The notes below the pieces were generated by a model. The model had not been told where the DNA came from. It worked only from the letters and a program-made list of their open reading frames with translations, and ran no database searches. The translations under genes were made by a program, and so were the position numbers. A stretch of 64,000 nucleotides of DNA, taken from contig NW_003314308.1 in the NCBI RefSeq assembly GCF_000143415.4, forward strand, positions 124,001-188,000, given 5' to 3'. The DNA comes from Selaginella moellendorffii (Eukaryota > Plantae > Lycopodiophyta). Numbering within the stretch: position 1 is the stretch's first letter; every line of letters starts with the position of its first letter. Shown one piece after another: positions 12,464 to 24,489 of this stretch.

Positions 12464-12943
12464 CTAAGCAGGCTCCTCGTAAGTATCCTTTTTGTGAGCC
12501 ATGTTGGCGGCTTCATGGAATGTATGGTTGAAGAGACCGGCAATAGCTCTAAGGAAGAAAGGAAAGACCAAGTTTCAATCAAGCAAGCGAAAGAAAAGCG
12601 ATAGAAAACTCACAATTCTTTCATCTGTTGGATCTTCTCTGGATCACTCTCGTTCATGTTCTTCCGGAATTGCGCGCGCACCATATTGACAATGCCGTCA
12701 GTGTTGCCGTGCTGAGAAGATTCGCAAGAAACGAGCCGATCGATTTAAATCAAGAGAGCTTAGTACCTTGTTGCCAACGTATTGCGCCCGACGAATGCAT
12801 TCCCTGTAGAGCTGCGAAATCGCGAAACAATCAATCACAAGCTAGAATTCTTGCAAATTTCCACTCACACGCTTGGCGCTCTTGGTAATGTGCTTGGGAA
12901 TCGCTGATGCCGCAGCTTGCGCCTTCGCCGCGGCCGCGTCCAT
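12464..12943 (-). CDS. Small LYR-motif (complex I LYR family) protein, 4 exons
   Basis: Spliced: MDAAAAKAQAAASAIPKHITKSAKR|LYRECIRRAQYVGNK|HGNTDGIVNMVRAQFRKNMNESDPEKIQQMKE|LAIAGLFNHTFHEAANMAHKKDTYEEPA*. Canonical splice sites; LYR motif plus downstream Phe. Confidence 0.85.
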
Positions 12944-13215
12944 CGATCAATCACTGCTAGGGTTCTAGCCAATATTTCACCTGACGGAATCTTCTATTTC
13001 ACGGAATGTACTCGGGTCAAGTTCCGTCAGTCAGAATATGCTTCGACTTTATTGCGCGTTGGTAGTGTGTTTCTTTCCTCTCTGGACGGACGGGATCACG
13101 TGTCGACGTTGCATCCAACGGCGCGACGCGAGGAGATGCTCGTCAAGAGATGGCGGGGCGTGAGGGATCGAGGATTCACACAATGCGATGCGCCTAGCTA
13201 AGGAGCGTCTTGGCT

Positions 13216-16076
13216 ATGGCCGCTGCCGCCGAGTGCTACGATGTTACCAGGGATTGCGATGAGGCGGAGCAGGCGCTCAGGTAATCTCTCATCGAAATTT
13301 CAGCTCCCAGGACAGGATCGTGAGAAATTTCTTGCAAAATCGCAGACTCCTTCTCCAGGGGAAATTCGATGAAGCTGAGGATATGATCGTTGCTAGGGTC
13401 AATGCCAGGGACAGCGTCGCCGGAGCGGTGCCGATCTTTACTCATTGCCATGCGGTCATCTTGTTCGCCAAAGCTGGAATCTCCGGAGCTGAGGAAGACA
13501 GGTAGATTTCTTTCTTTCTTTCCTGTGAAATCCTCCAAACAAAGATTGAAAGAAAATGGTTGGACAGGAAGCAAGCCATGGAGAAGCTCGGTACCGCCGC
13601 AAGCATGGCAGAGAATCTCATTCCAAAGCAAGGTTGGGTGCAAAGCATCGCCACTTGGGGAATGGGATACTTCTCTTCTCCATCTCCCAAATCGGATGAT
13701 ATTAGCGAAGAAGAACTAAGCTGGTATTCGCTTTTGCCATTCCTTTTCTTTCGTGAGCTTGATCTTCCATTCTCAAACCAGCCGAATCATTGAAGCAGAG
13801 GCTACATTTCTTTCAGCATTGCTGTGCTTCTTTGAAGAATCCATCGCTGCGTTTTTTAGAGTACGTTTATACTGACCTTCATCACGATCAAAGGCTAACT
13901 GATCTCTCGTGTTACAGGCAGCTTTGCTTATAAGAAAGGCGATCAGAGGTTACAAGCATTGTCACGCCATCATCAAGAAACAGGTTGATCGCGCTCTAAA
14001 GAGTTTCGTTCCTGATCATACATATGAACGCTTGCAGGAATACTCTAACAGAAGCGAACATAACGTCAGTGCAGTAAAGCTTGGCTTTGGTGGCTTCAGC
14101 CTTGCAATCTCAATGCTACCACCGAAAATGCTGCGGCTCCTTTCTGTTTTAGGATTCCCGTCGGATCGAGCTGCCGGACTCAATTCGATCAACGAGAGCC
14201 TGAAAGGTGGAGGTTTGCGAGCACCCCTGTCCGGCGTGTATGGCATTTCGTTTCTTTTCTAATTTCTAGCATCGGTGGCTCACGACATTTTTTTTCTGGT
14301 TTCCAGACTGCTGCTCTCGTACCATGTAATACTACCAGCATTTTTCTCTACTCCACAAGTATGCAAATATGTTCTGGCAGGCACGATGATTCTCTCGCAT
14401 TTCGTATAATTGCAGGAGCGTGAAGACCATGTTGCATCTGCGGTGGAAATTCTAAATTTTATGGAAGAAACTTATCCTAAAAGTTTCTTCCTCAGGTGCG
14501 TATATTATAGAGAACGCTGCGCGTATAATGAATTTGTTTTCAGCTTCTACGAAGGCCGACTGAAACGTCTCAATGGCGACCTTCAAGGCTCCATGGAATG
14601 TTTCCAAAGCCTCGAAAGGGTAAATGGTTTTTCTAAATTTTCCAAGTTTTGACTTTACTTCCAGGGGCTGAAGCTGAGCAGTACTTCACACTTTTTCAAA
14701 TTACGTCATGCATGGGTGTATGAGCTTGGATTAGGCCACATGCTGCTGCTTCAAGTTAGTAAATCGAAGTTCTGTATCGATTTCGCTGACCACTGTTTTG
14801 CTTGGTGACCAGTGGGAAGAAGCGGAGAAATACTGGATTGAGTTGAAACAGGACAGTGCGTGGTCCCGTGCGTTCTTTGCGTATTTACACGTAATTTAGA
14901 CAAGAGAGAGCGTTCGTGGTTAGCTGAGCACCTGTCTTCGCAGGGAGTGTGCCTTTCCATGCGCGGTGAAGCGAAGCTTGCAGCAAAGGAGTTTGCGGAG
15001 GTTGCAGTTTTTACGTGTGCTGGTTACCTTTTAACGTCCGCATGAACAGGTGCAAGGCCTGTTGCGAGGAACCATGTCTGGCCGGGTCTTAGCCGAAGAA
15101 CAATATGCTTCAAGAAAGGTATCTTCTATATTTCTTTTATCTTTTTTTATTTGTTGTTGTTACAAGGTTAAAGATCATGCTCTTGATACCATGGAAGGAG
15201 CACAGGGCGTACAAGGACAATTATGTGGAGTAGAGTTTTTGTACTTGTGGAACTCGTTTCCTCAGGTATGCCATTCTCTCGTTTCTTACCTGTTCTCACT
15301 TTCTCTCACACAGATGCCGAAGGAGGAGCTTGAGGCTGTTGTACATATTATTGACAAAGCCGAAAAGAGCCTTCGAAGTAGTCACCGTGAGAGTGCTATT
15401 AACTTGGAAAAGGAGGTATGTTAAGACAAGAGAAAATGCATAGCAATAAGGTACATGCAGGACGAGGAGGAACCGGACGATTATGTTGCTATTTGCAATC
15501 TCATCAAGGGCACTGCTCTCCGTGAACAAAGAAAACTTGTGGAGGCGCACTCTTGTCTGGACTTGGTGAGGTATATATATCCGTGAACTCGTGGCTACAC
15601 TCGTGACTACACTGCTCTTGTTTGCAGGGAAGATGACATGTACGTGGAGTCCGAGTTGTTTGTGATCCCAATGGCAGCCTACGAACGCGCCCTGCTGCTG
15701 ATGTACGAATACAACGATGACCAATCTCATCCGCTCAAGCTCATCTCCAACGTAAGATCTATTTCCATTGTTTTATGAACTTTGTGTATCTCGGGTGCGC
15801 ACAGGCAAAGAAAGAGCTTGATACTGCGGAGGGCTTTAAGCGAGATTACAACTTCTTGTGGCGGCTTTTAGGCCGCGTTCACGCTGCTCGTGGAGCATTG
15901 AAAAGCATAATCGGAGAGGAGGTACTCTTCTTTTTTTAGAGTTTAATTTGCTATAATACTGCTTACTCAAGCAGGGAAGCACGAACTCGGACACGAGTAC
16001 CATTACAGACAACGACGACGAGAAATGGGAAGACTGCATAGACGAAGTGGACGAAACATTTTTTATGTCACTGTAA
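13216..16076 (+). CDS. TTC39/Iml2-like tetratricopeptide-repeat protein, multi-exon
   Basis: AVKLGFGGFSLAISMLPPKMLRLLSVLGFPSDRAAGL..GGGLRAPL, EFLYLWNSF and YNFLWRLLGRVHAA match TTC39 hallmarks. Many short GT-AG introns. Confidence 0.8.
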
Positions 16077-16235
16077 TGTGAGCAGTGAGTGCTTCCATCT
16101 TGATTCCTTTGTCTTGATGCCAACAGTCTGGTTTTTGTGATGTAGCCCAAGATCACACCGTCATCTATAGATCAATAACGCGCGCTACCAATAGAGCCGT
16201 GGCCCGGCGAGCGACAGTCCCGTCTCGTTACTAAG

Positions 16236-17309
16236 CTACTTCTCCAATAAGTTGCTGGCCATCATGCGCTTAAACTCGTCAAAGTTCACCTGGCCATCGC
16301 CGTCCGCGTCCACAGCTTTGATCATCCTTCGGCAGTCCGCCAGCTTCACGCCCCCGTCTCTCAGTCCCAAGCTGTTCAGCACCGCCTGGAGCTCCACAAC
16401 CGTGATGAACCCGTCCTTGTTCTTGTCAAAGACGGAGAAGGCCTCTCGCAGATCCTGCTCATCACCGTCCCTGGCCCTGTGGTGCTGATCATCGTAGTAG
16501 ATGTTGCTGTAGAGCGCCAGGAACTCATCAAAGTCGACGAAGCCATCGCCGTCATTGTCCACGGCCACCACCATGCTCTCCAGCTCCGACCTCGACATCT
16601 CGAATCCCAGCTTCTTCATCGTGTTGCCAAGCTCCTCGCAAGAGATCTTCCCGTCACCATTCTCATCAAACGTCTCGAACATCTTGATCAGCTCCTCCCG
16701 CTCGGCGAATGGCTCCAGCCGCGACTCGGCGCTCACGAAACTATCGCACGACTCTACGCTCCTCTCAGAGAAGGTGCTGGATCGGCTGCAAGCCGGTCGG
16801 CTCCGTGTTGGTAAGCCTTGCTCGTCGTCGTCCTCCTCATCCATCTTGTGTTCTTCAGCTCCGTTGGAGAGAGCGTTCGGAAGCTTTTCAGCTGCGGAAG
16901 CTCGATCCTCCAAGAGCTCTCCAGTTTGATCGGGAAACTCTTCCGCTTGGCCCGAGAACTCCCCAGCCTCTAGAGTTTGCTCTTCGGTGTGACCTCTAGC
17001 TGGTAAAACTTGTTCTCCTTCGTTGCTACTGTTCTTCCATCGCAGTACTTCTTCGTGGAGACTGCTATCCCCTGTTCTTGACAAACTTCCATGATCTGGG
17101 TAGTGGTCGTCGCTGGAATACCCTGCGCGTGAGCAATTGGCTGGGAGGAGAGCGTCTACGAAGGGGACCAAGACGTTTGTGGCCTCCACCGCTACATCCA
17201 CTGCGTCACTCTCCTCCGAGACCCCCGGATCCAGCACTTTGTTCTCCAAATCCAGCGCGGTCCTGTCCGAGATAACAAGATCGCAGTTGCGCGTGTCGTC
17301 GCGGTCCAT
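16236..17309 (-). CDS. Calmodulin-like protein (4 EF-hands) with long acidic N-terminal extension, intronless
   Basis: EF loops DENGDGKISCEE, DNDGDGFVDFDE, DKNKDGFITVVE, DADGDGQVNFDE. The true start codon is uncertain. Confidence 0.9.
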   Translation of the reverse strand: MDRDDTRNCDLVISDRTALDLENKVLDPGVSEESDAVDVAVEATNVLVPFVDALLPANCSRAGYSSDDHYPDHGSLSRTGDSSLHEEVLRWKNSSNEGEQVLPARGHTEEQTLEAGEFSGQAEEFPDQTGELLEDRASAAEKLPNALSNGAEEHKMDEEDDDEQGLPTRSRPACSRSSTFSERSVESCDSFVSAESRLEPFAEREELIKMFETFDENGDGKISCEELGNTMKKLGFEMSRSELESMVVAVDNDGDGFVDFDEFLALYSNIYYDDQHHRARDGDEQDLREAFSVFDKNKDGFITVVELQAVLNSLGLRDGGVKLADCRRMIKAVDADGDGQVNFDEFKRMMASNLLEK

Positions 17310-17930
17310 CGCAGAGAAAACCTAAACCTCGTACCGATAGATCGATCGCTTCTTCTTCCTCTCGCCAAAATATCACTCCTGGCAGCAATGCCAATGCCGC
17401 GCTCGACACGAGTAAGCGAATGGAGCGAAGAAATTTCCCATTCTCACCTCGTGATCGCGTGACTCGTCGTGAAAGCGCCCGCGCTCTCCCTTTGTGGTAC
17501 CAAGAATCACGCGTCTCTCGCCATCAAGCCAGCATCTCATTCTCTTCTCTGCTCCACTTTAGAATCGATTGCTTGGTATTTCTTTCTAACAGTTCCTCGC
17601 GGCCGGGCTAAGGCTTTAATGCCTGTCCTTAACCGAATATGCCTGCCCTTGACTGGGGCTGACATGGCAAGTGGGCGCCACGTGTACGGTTGGATGGATG
17701 AACGGATTGAGACCGTCGATTGACCAAAAATCAGGATGGATGGACGGATTTGAAACTGGGATTTTGTGCACTGTCAAGGACCGCGTAAGAACCTTCGCAG
17801 CCGAGCGATGGCTAGGAATCGACAGTGGGGGGCGCGTGCTTTAGATTCTCCTTGGAATGGATTGTAGCCCTTTTTGGTAGCACCGAGACTTGAGATGGGA
17901 TTTTGATCGTCTAGGCACGAAATACAGGTA

Positions 17931-19279
17931 ATGCGGTTTGATGCCGCCGAAATGGATCTAGCAGCGGCTTCTACCCTGGAGCCGGCCTTGCAATCGGCGT
18001 GGATCCAGAGATTGAAGAGAGGTAGCAGCAGGAAGGAGCATGGCGACGAGGGACTCCAGATTCCACTGGGAAAGCTCGAGCTGGGAGGTGAAAACGGACT
18101 GGAGATTGGGGGTTTAGAGACAAGTAGAGATCAAGTCCAGGCTATGAGCAAGGAGCTCCTCATCCGGATAAACAGCAAAGTCGGGCTGGATGAGAATGGG
18201 AAGGATTTTAATCCTGGAGCTAAGCTTTGCGCTATCCAACGCTCTCCCAGAGGATTTGGTTCTTTTCGCGTCAAGCTCTCGGGCGTCAAGTTTCGAAAGC
18301 CGCCGCTTCCTCCAGCGCCCAAAGCTGGCAAGGCCGACGCTGTGGAAGCCCACAAAAGAAAAGAGAGGATTGCGAGAATCCATGGCGTGGACGTGACACT
18401 CGAGCAGCAACACCGAAATGGCACGGATGGCAAGAGGAGAGATTTGCTGGCCGAGTTTGCGTTGCGCTTGGACATCAAAGAGAAGCCAACGCCTCTTGGG
18501 ACTTTTCACATTGTGGACAGGAAGAAGAACCCATCGCTGCGCAAGGACAGGAGGTTGGCCACCTTGGTCTCTCCAATTTCGGTGGCGGCAGCAGTGACGG
18601 AAGATCACGATGCGGTGGGATCGATTACAGCCAGCTTAACTTCCGAAGTGCTGAAGCTGGAAGCGTCGAGGCACAGCGCAGTTGGAGCTCGCACCGATCC
18701 TTCCTCCATGGAAGGCAATCTCTCGGAGTCGAGGACGCTCTCCACAACTTATTGCGGCAGCTCTCCTTATCCATGCCCCGCTCCCAGCTGGACTTGCTCG
18801 AGAGGATCCGAGCAACCTGAGAGTAAGTTCGTCAGTTTTTCTCATTTTGTTCTTAGACTTCTTACTGATTCTCCTCGCAGGACGTGACACGATCGAGCAA
18901 GAAGCCGAGGTATCTTTCAGCTTTCCCTTTGTTTGTTTGCTCTGATTCTTTCTTCTTTCCTCCTTACCAGGCCTGTTTTGCAACGGAAAAAAGACGGCGG
19001 GAAGCATCAGTGGCTTTGAGCAAGGAGATGGTACCTTCAACCGTAGTGAAACGAAGCAGAATTTCGGTAGGAGAGGCGACCTTGGCTGGACCCTGGCTGA
19101 ACAGATGGAGGGAATCTGGAGAAAGCAAGCCTGGTAAAGTTCAAAGCGTGACACAGGCATTGGGAAAGAAACAGACTTTGCTACATGGGTCGGAGCCTCC
19201 CAGTGCTGCAGCGTTTGCAATCGTTGGTGCTGCTGTGAGACAGCTCCAGTCCTACTCGCTGGGTCAGTCCACGACTTGA
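17931..19279 (+). CDS. Hypothetical protein, 3 exons
   Basis: A long GC-rich ORF is joined in frame by two GT-AG introns (~18823-18880, ~18910-18970) to ORF 18884..19279. No recognisable domain. Confidence 0.5.
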
Positions 19280-19508
19280 GAATCGTCCCTGGTCCTGCGG
19301 AAGAGATCCATGTCACTAACAACTTCTAGAGGCACCTGGCTGTCCGGAGCCAAAGAGACGATGAAATCGAACCAGTCTGCGCGGACGGTAGGCTATCTGA
19401 GGAACACTAAAATGAGACTCCATAAAAACTTCACAGAACATTGATACCTCTGGAGCAAGCGTTTCAAGCGTAGAAACTGGAAAGGAAGGCTATCGCAAAC
19501 GCTGTCGA

Positions 19509-20653
19509 TCATGCCGCTTGTGGAGCCTCAGTGCCGGGCTGTGGTTGTTGTTGAGACACTGAGCCTGAGAGAGAACGAGCAGACTCGTAAGAAGAAAACG
19601 ATCAAAGGCTTACTCTTGCGAGGGATCAACGTCATCTTGGGAGGCTCTATAACCGGCTCTGGAACTTCGGTGCCTGGCTTCTTCTTCCGCGTACTAAACT
19701 GGAAAGGATAAGTCACTTTTCCAAACGCAACGTGAACTTTCTCGATGGGAGGAGGGGGCCTCTTCATATGCTTGACAAACCACTCGTTCAAAGCCTTTTG
19801 GCCTGTGAGCAGGATCAAAGAAACAAAAAAAAAATCTCATGGTGACAATGGAAAGAGTTGGAAGAGATCAACTTACGTGTGTCTGGAGGCTGATAAGCCC
19901 ATGTCCCTTGAATCCTTCGGTGCAACCGATAGCCTGGAAACGACGAAGGAACTGTGCGGGACGGAGGAGGCGGCCTTTTGAAAGTTTCTACGTAATGGTT
20001 TGCTTGCCGCTGGTAAAGGCTGAGGAGATTCTTTGCGTCCGTCTTGGCAAACATAGAAGGAGCCATTGTTCTTCCAATCTTTCTCTTTGCATCTGCGTGA
20101 AAGAATGTTAAACACAATGCAAGCCTTGGAACCATAGCGAAGAACCACACCAAGCAAAGAAGCTAAGCACAGCACTAGAGAAGGAAGAGAGATTCACACA
20201 CACACCTGGTCGACCAGAAGAACTTGTTCGTTGTGTAGAGATTGGAAGCCTGTGCGAAGTAGTCCTCCTGTGTGACGAAGACAGTGTGTCCCATTCCATC
20301 CTCCCAAACACCGCGGCTTTCTTCTTCCAGGCCGTGACGCGAGGAGATGGTCGCGGAGGCGGCCGTGGGGTATGATGATCGGACTGGCTGCCCTGCAAGA
20401 TGGAATCTAGAAACTCCCTCGGCTGCAATACCACCGACGATCTACTCCCAATTCCAGTCCCCGGCCACGATCCTCCTGACCGCGTTGCGCTCCGAGATCC
20501 ATGCCCAGGACTCGCGGCGGCAGCGGCATTGAGATTATGGAGTGCCAATGGCGGGACAAGGCGCTTGGATCCCTGCAAGGAAGATCTCTGCTGGACGCCG
20601 CCGCCTCCCGGAAGCTGATGGAGCGCTGGCACCCAGGATGATACCTCGGCCAT
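19509..20653 (-). CDS. Hypothetical Pro/Ser/Arg-rich protein, about 4 exons
   Basis: ORF pieces separated by plausible introns. Internal repeats KRPPPP x2 and PGTEVP/PGTEAP. Confidence 0.45.
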
Positions 20654-20795
20654 TTTCTAGCGATCAAAGCTGCCGGATCGAGCTTGCGACTCCTCCTTCG
20701 CCATGGCTGACGCTCTCTGCCCTAAAACCCGTTACCCGTAAAGTATATTCTCGCACTATCAATACTTTTTAGGGCTTACTTTTTAGGGCTCCAAA

Positions 20796-21658
20796 ATGGC
20801 CACTGGGATTGCAAGAGATGCAACGGCTTCAGTGGCGGTGGAAATCGCCAGTGAAGTGCAAAAAAGGCATCCTTATAGTTTGGCTATTCCGGGATTTGTA
20901 GCTGCACAGCTTTCGGTGGTGTCGATTTTGGGCATTTTTGCCACAGCTTGCGCGCTCGTTGTTACATTGGTTTGGAGATTTTCAAGTAAGCTCCAAAGAC
21001 TTGAGTCCTTGTTTTTCATTGTGTTTTTCCAGAAAGGCTTCGTTACTTGAGGAATGTGGAGCGCTGCTTAATGTGTTGGTGGGCAGTAACGGGGCTCATT
21101 CACGTTGTCTTGGAGGGCTATTTTGTTTTCACGCCGGACTTCTACAAGAAGAAGGAGATTCACTATTTAGCAGAAGTTTGTAAGTTCTCTTCTCAGAAAA
21201 AATAGTCAAAGTTACAGATGAAATTACTCTTTTTTTCCAGGGAAGGAGTATAACAAAGGTGATTCTAGATATGCAGCAAGGGATCCGGCCATTGTGACTG
21301 TTGAAGCGATCACGGCGGTTTTTGTAGGCCCTGCAAGCTTGCTTTGCGTGTAAGAAATCCTATCCTGTGTTACTTACCATATACTAACTAAAGTTTCTGC
21401 AGATTCGCAATTGCAAAAGAAAAATTCTACCAGTATCCTCTTCAGCTTGTTGTATCCATAGCGCAACTTTATGGCGACACTGTCTATTACGGCACAGTGT
21501 TTGTTGATGGGCGAGAGTTTTCAGCTCCTGGATTTCTCTATTACTGGTTCTATTTTATGTTTCTAAATTCCATTTGGATTTTAGTGCCTATTGTAATTGC
21601 CACACAAAGTTGGCATCGAATTTGCATTTTGATGCAGTTGAGTAAGAAGCTACATTAG
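20796..21658 (+). CDS. HYD1: Sterol delta8-delta7 isomerase (EBP family)
   Basis: HPY..., WWAVTGLIHVVLEGYFV, WKEYNKGDSRYA, VEAITA, QLYGDTVYY, YYWFYF..NSIWILVP. Confidence 0.9.
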
Positions 21659-22659
21659 TTTTAATTGTGATTTAAGAATATTAAGAATGTATAATTATAA
21701 AATGGATCCATTTTATTTATTGATCAACTCCTTGACAGCTTGATGCCACACCTCCTTCATGACATCACATTCCCATACCACATGTTTGACCTTTTCCACC
21801 TCCTTACTTATATCATTGGCATGCCCCTTCGTGAAATTGTTGGCCTACCAGGAAACATTATTGGCCACCAACTATGAGGTGACTTTCACTTTCTTTTGAA
21901 CCAAGAGCTGCTAGAATTCTAGCATATTATCCACCATTTGTTCCATATCAACACCTTAATTGATCCATTTCCTCCAGAGCTTTAGGATGTTTCCTCCGTG
22001 CTAGTCATGAACACATTGTATACTTCCTAAATGAGAAGAGACCATTTGCCCCCCATCTTCATGCTGTGGGTCTAGTCTAGATTCTCTAACAGCTGTTTTT
22101 GCCTATTAAATTTACTTAAGTGGTTCATGCTAGTGGCAAAATTAAAGCCATAATAATGACCAAAAGTGTATGCAAGCGAGAGCAACACCAAGAACAAAGT
22201 TTTGGGTAGTTGATTGATGAGTTTTTCATATAATTTTCTCATCATCTCTATCATCTCAAACTAACTAGACATGATTCAACAACTTGGCATATATGTACCC
22301 ATTTATATATAGTTGAAATACAAAATTCTTTGTCCTTGTGTGCCCTTCACAAGCCTTGCAGTGGAACTAAAACGATAAAGCATTCTACTATCCTTGTTGA
22401 TAAGGTACTGACCATCCTTGTCAGACTTGCAGCAAAAAATATCTTTCAGACCAAGCACCTAGCTCAAACAACATCTTTACAAGGAGTTCCTTAACTTGCC
22501 ACAACATTCCAGATTGTGAGCAAAGATTAGCAACAGACCCATTGATTGGTCCTCCGTGGGTGTTAGACCAAAGTTCATCAATCAGCAAGCCCATAGCTTA
22601 AAGCCCAGAGGTTATTCAGATGTTTAACAACTATAATGAGACCCTTTAGTTTTTGGTTT

Positions 22660-23447
22660 TATATTTCGTTCTGACAGACCGATACTGCATCTTTCGCAGA
22701 GATGGCAAGCTTCGCCGACATTGTTTATCCATATTTGGCCTGCTTCTCCCATGATATTCTTCACTGCCTTTTCAACTAGACTCCATGGCAAGCAACAGCA
22801 GATCTTCCAATGCTCAACAGCAAGCGCACAGTTAAGTGGCTGCTTGTACAAGAAAGGCCATCCAAGCACTCCAGCAAAGATCGTCTCCAAAAGAGAATTC
22901 CATCCACAATGAGTGAGAAACGCACTTACGGAACGATGTTTGAGAACCTGTGTGGCAAGAAAAGAGGTAAAAGGAGAAGCCTGAGTTGAGGAGCCCAGGA
23001 AACAAACTTGCATTTGTCATAACTTGGATCTTTGAAAAGCTTTCCAAGCTTATCATTGTCTGATCAAAGGAAAGGATAATCACTTTGCACGAGTCCTGAA
23101 TATAGTTGTTTGATATGGTCGGGAGAAGCATTGGCCAGGCTTACAAAGGAGACGTAGATGACTGATTTGGATGGCTGCTCGTCTAGCCAGTCGAGGCAGC
23201 TCAAACTTCCGTCCAAAAAACCACACCTTTCCTGCTCGAGTTCGTCCACTCCAACCTGGCCATCGAATGCATATGACGGGATGGACCGATTGGAACGAAC
23301 CATGGATTGTATCTAGCAAGCTGGTCGAGCTGAGATGTTTCCACTCTCGCCAGTTCAAGGTGAATCTGATTTCGTACCTGGCCTCCCTCCAATTGCTGGA
23401 CAGGATTTTACTTTGGTTCAAATCCACCCCATAGATCCCGACTTCTC
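22660..23447 (-). pseudogene. Truncated, frameshifted duplicate of the neighbouring UDP-glycosyltransferase
   Basis: High similarity to 24540-25420 (CLDWLDEQPSKSVIY, AFLTHCGWNSLLET) with deletions. Segment 23367-23447 is inverted. Confidence 0.9.
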
Positions 23448-23556
23448 AAGCCCAAAAATATGATATCTTCCTTCCCTAGTCCAATTCTTTTGGAGAGAAA
23501 TAGAGGAATGCTCACTAAACATCGAGTCCAGAAAAAGGGAAGCTGTTTATATATAC

Positions 23557-24240
23557 CTTGCTCGATGTGAGATGGATTATGGCTCTGGCAGTGACCGATG
23601 TGGCACATTGGCAGAAATCGTCCAGACATCCCTGTAGTTTTTGACTCTGAAAAGAAGAAAAAAGAGAGTCGATGAAGCTATCGATCACTAAGAACATATC
23701 TTATGGGACGCGAGAGAGAGAGAGAGAGAGAAAGAGAGATCTTACCGGAGAGGGTATGAGCACGAGGAAGAGGAGTATCTTGGGGACGCCATTGAAGTTG
23801 GGCTTTGTGAAGCTTAGGCAGTTATTGACGGAGGTGCTGAAGAAGAACTTGTCAAGATTTGTGAGCACCAACCCCTTTCGCAGGATGCCATCGATGTTTA
23901 TCTCGGACGTGCCGGTGGAACATGAATCTGATAAGATCCATCCCTGTGACGAGTGAGAGAGGAATGCGTACGATAGCATATTGGATCGATCGAGTGAGGG
24001 AACACGCTACCTGGACGGTCATCGCCGAAGAACCTCTCGCACTCGCGGCGGAAGCCAGTGTAGGGCGCGTAATCGGCTTGTTGCAAGCCGGGATTCATCT
24101 CCACGATGTAGTTGTAGCAGCTGATCATCCTGGAGACTCTGGAGCGCACAAAATCCTGATCCAAAAAGGCCGCGAGCCAGTATCCTTGGAAGCTGCCACA
24201 TTGTGCAGCGCTGCCCCAGGATTTGGTTCTTCCTCTCCGT
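23557..24240 (-). pseudogene. Frameshifted PARP/ADP-ribosyltransferase catalytic-like domain gene
   Basis: After an intron: MDLIRFMFH[+1 C]GTSEINIDGILRKGL..FFFSTSVNNCLSFTKP..KILLFLVL, then an exon with DVWTISANVPHRSLP..IIHL. This resembles the PARP H-G-T, F-S/A and Q-x-LP-x-YII strands. Confidence 0.55.
23712..23739. repeat. (GA)n microsatellite in an intron of the PARP-like relic
   Basis: gagagagagagagagagagaaagagaga. Confidence 0.85.
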
Positions 24241-24489
24241 GAAATTCATTCAAATACAAAGGCGCTAAGGGCATATATGCAGATGCTGTTGATTCCTAAA
24301 ATATGCTTTTTACAAAAGTTTTGCTAGACAAGCATTGGGCCGGTCCTGACGCCGCTGCGTCTGTTCTTCCTTCTTTGTTTCATCACTGCTTAGCTGCTCC
24401 TTTCGCGCAGCTCTTCTCCTCACTAGAAATCGCCACACTAGAGCTTCGATCTCTGTTTAACTACTATATAATGACCCGTAAATTTGGTT

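Noticed and set aside
21700-22620. CpG-poor, possibly decayed coding or transposon sequence
   Set aside because: No diagnostic motif or termini found.
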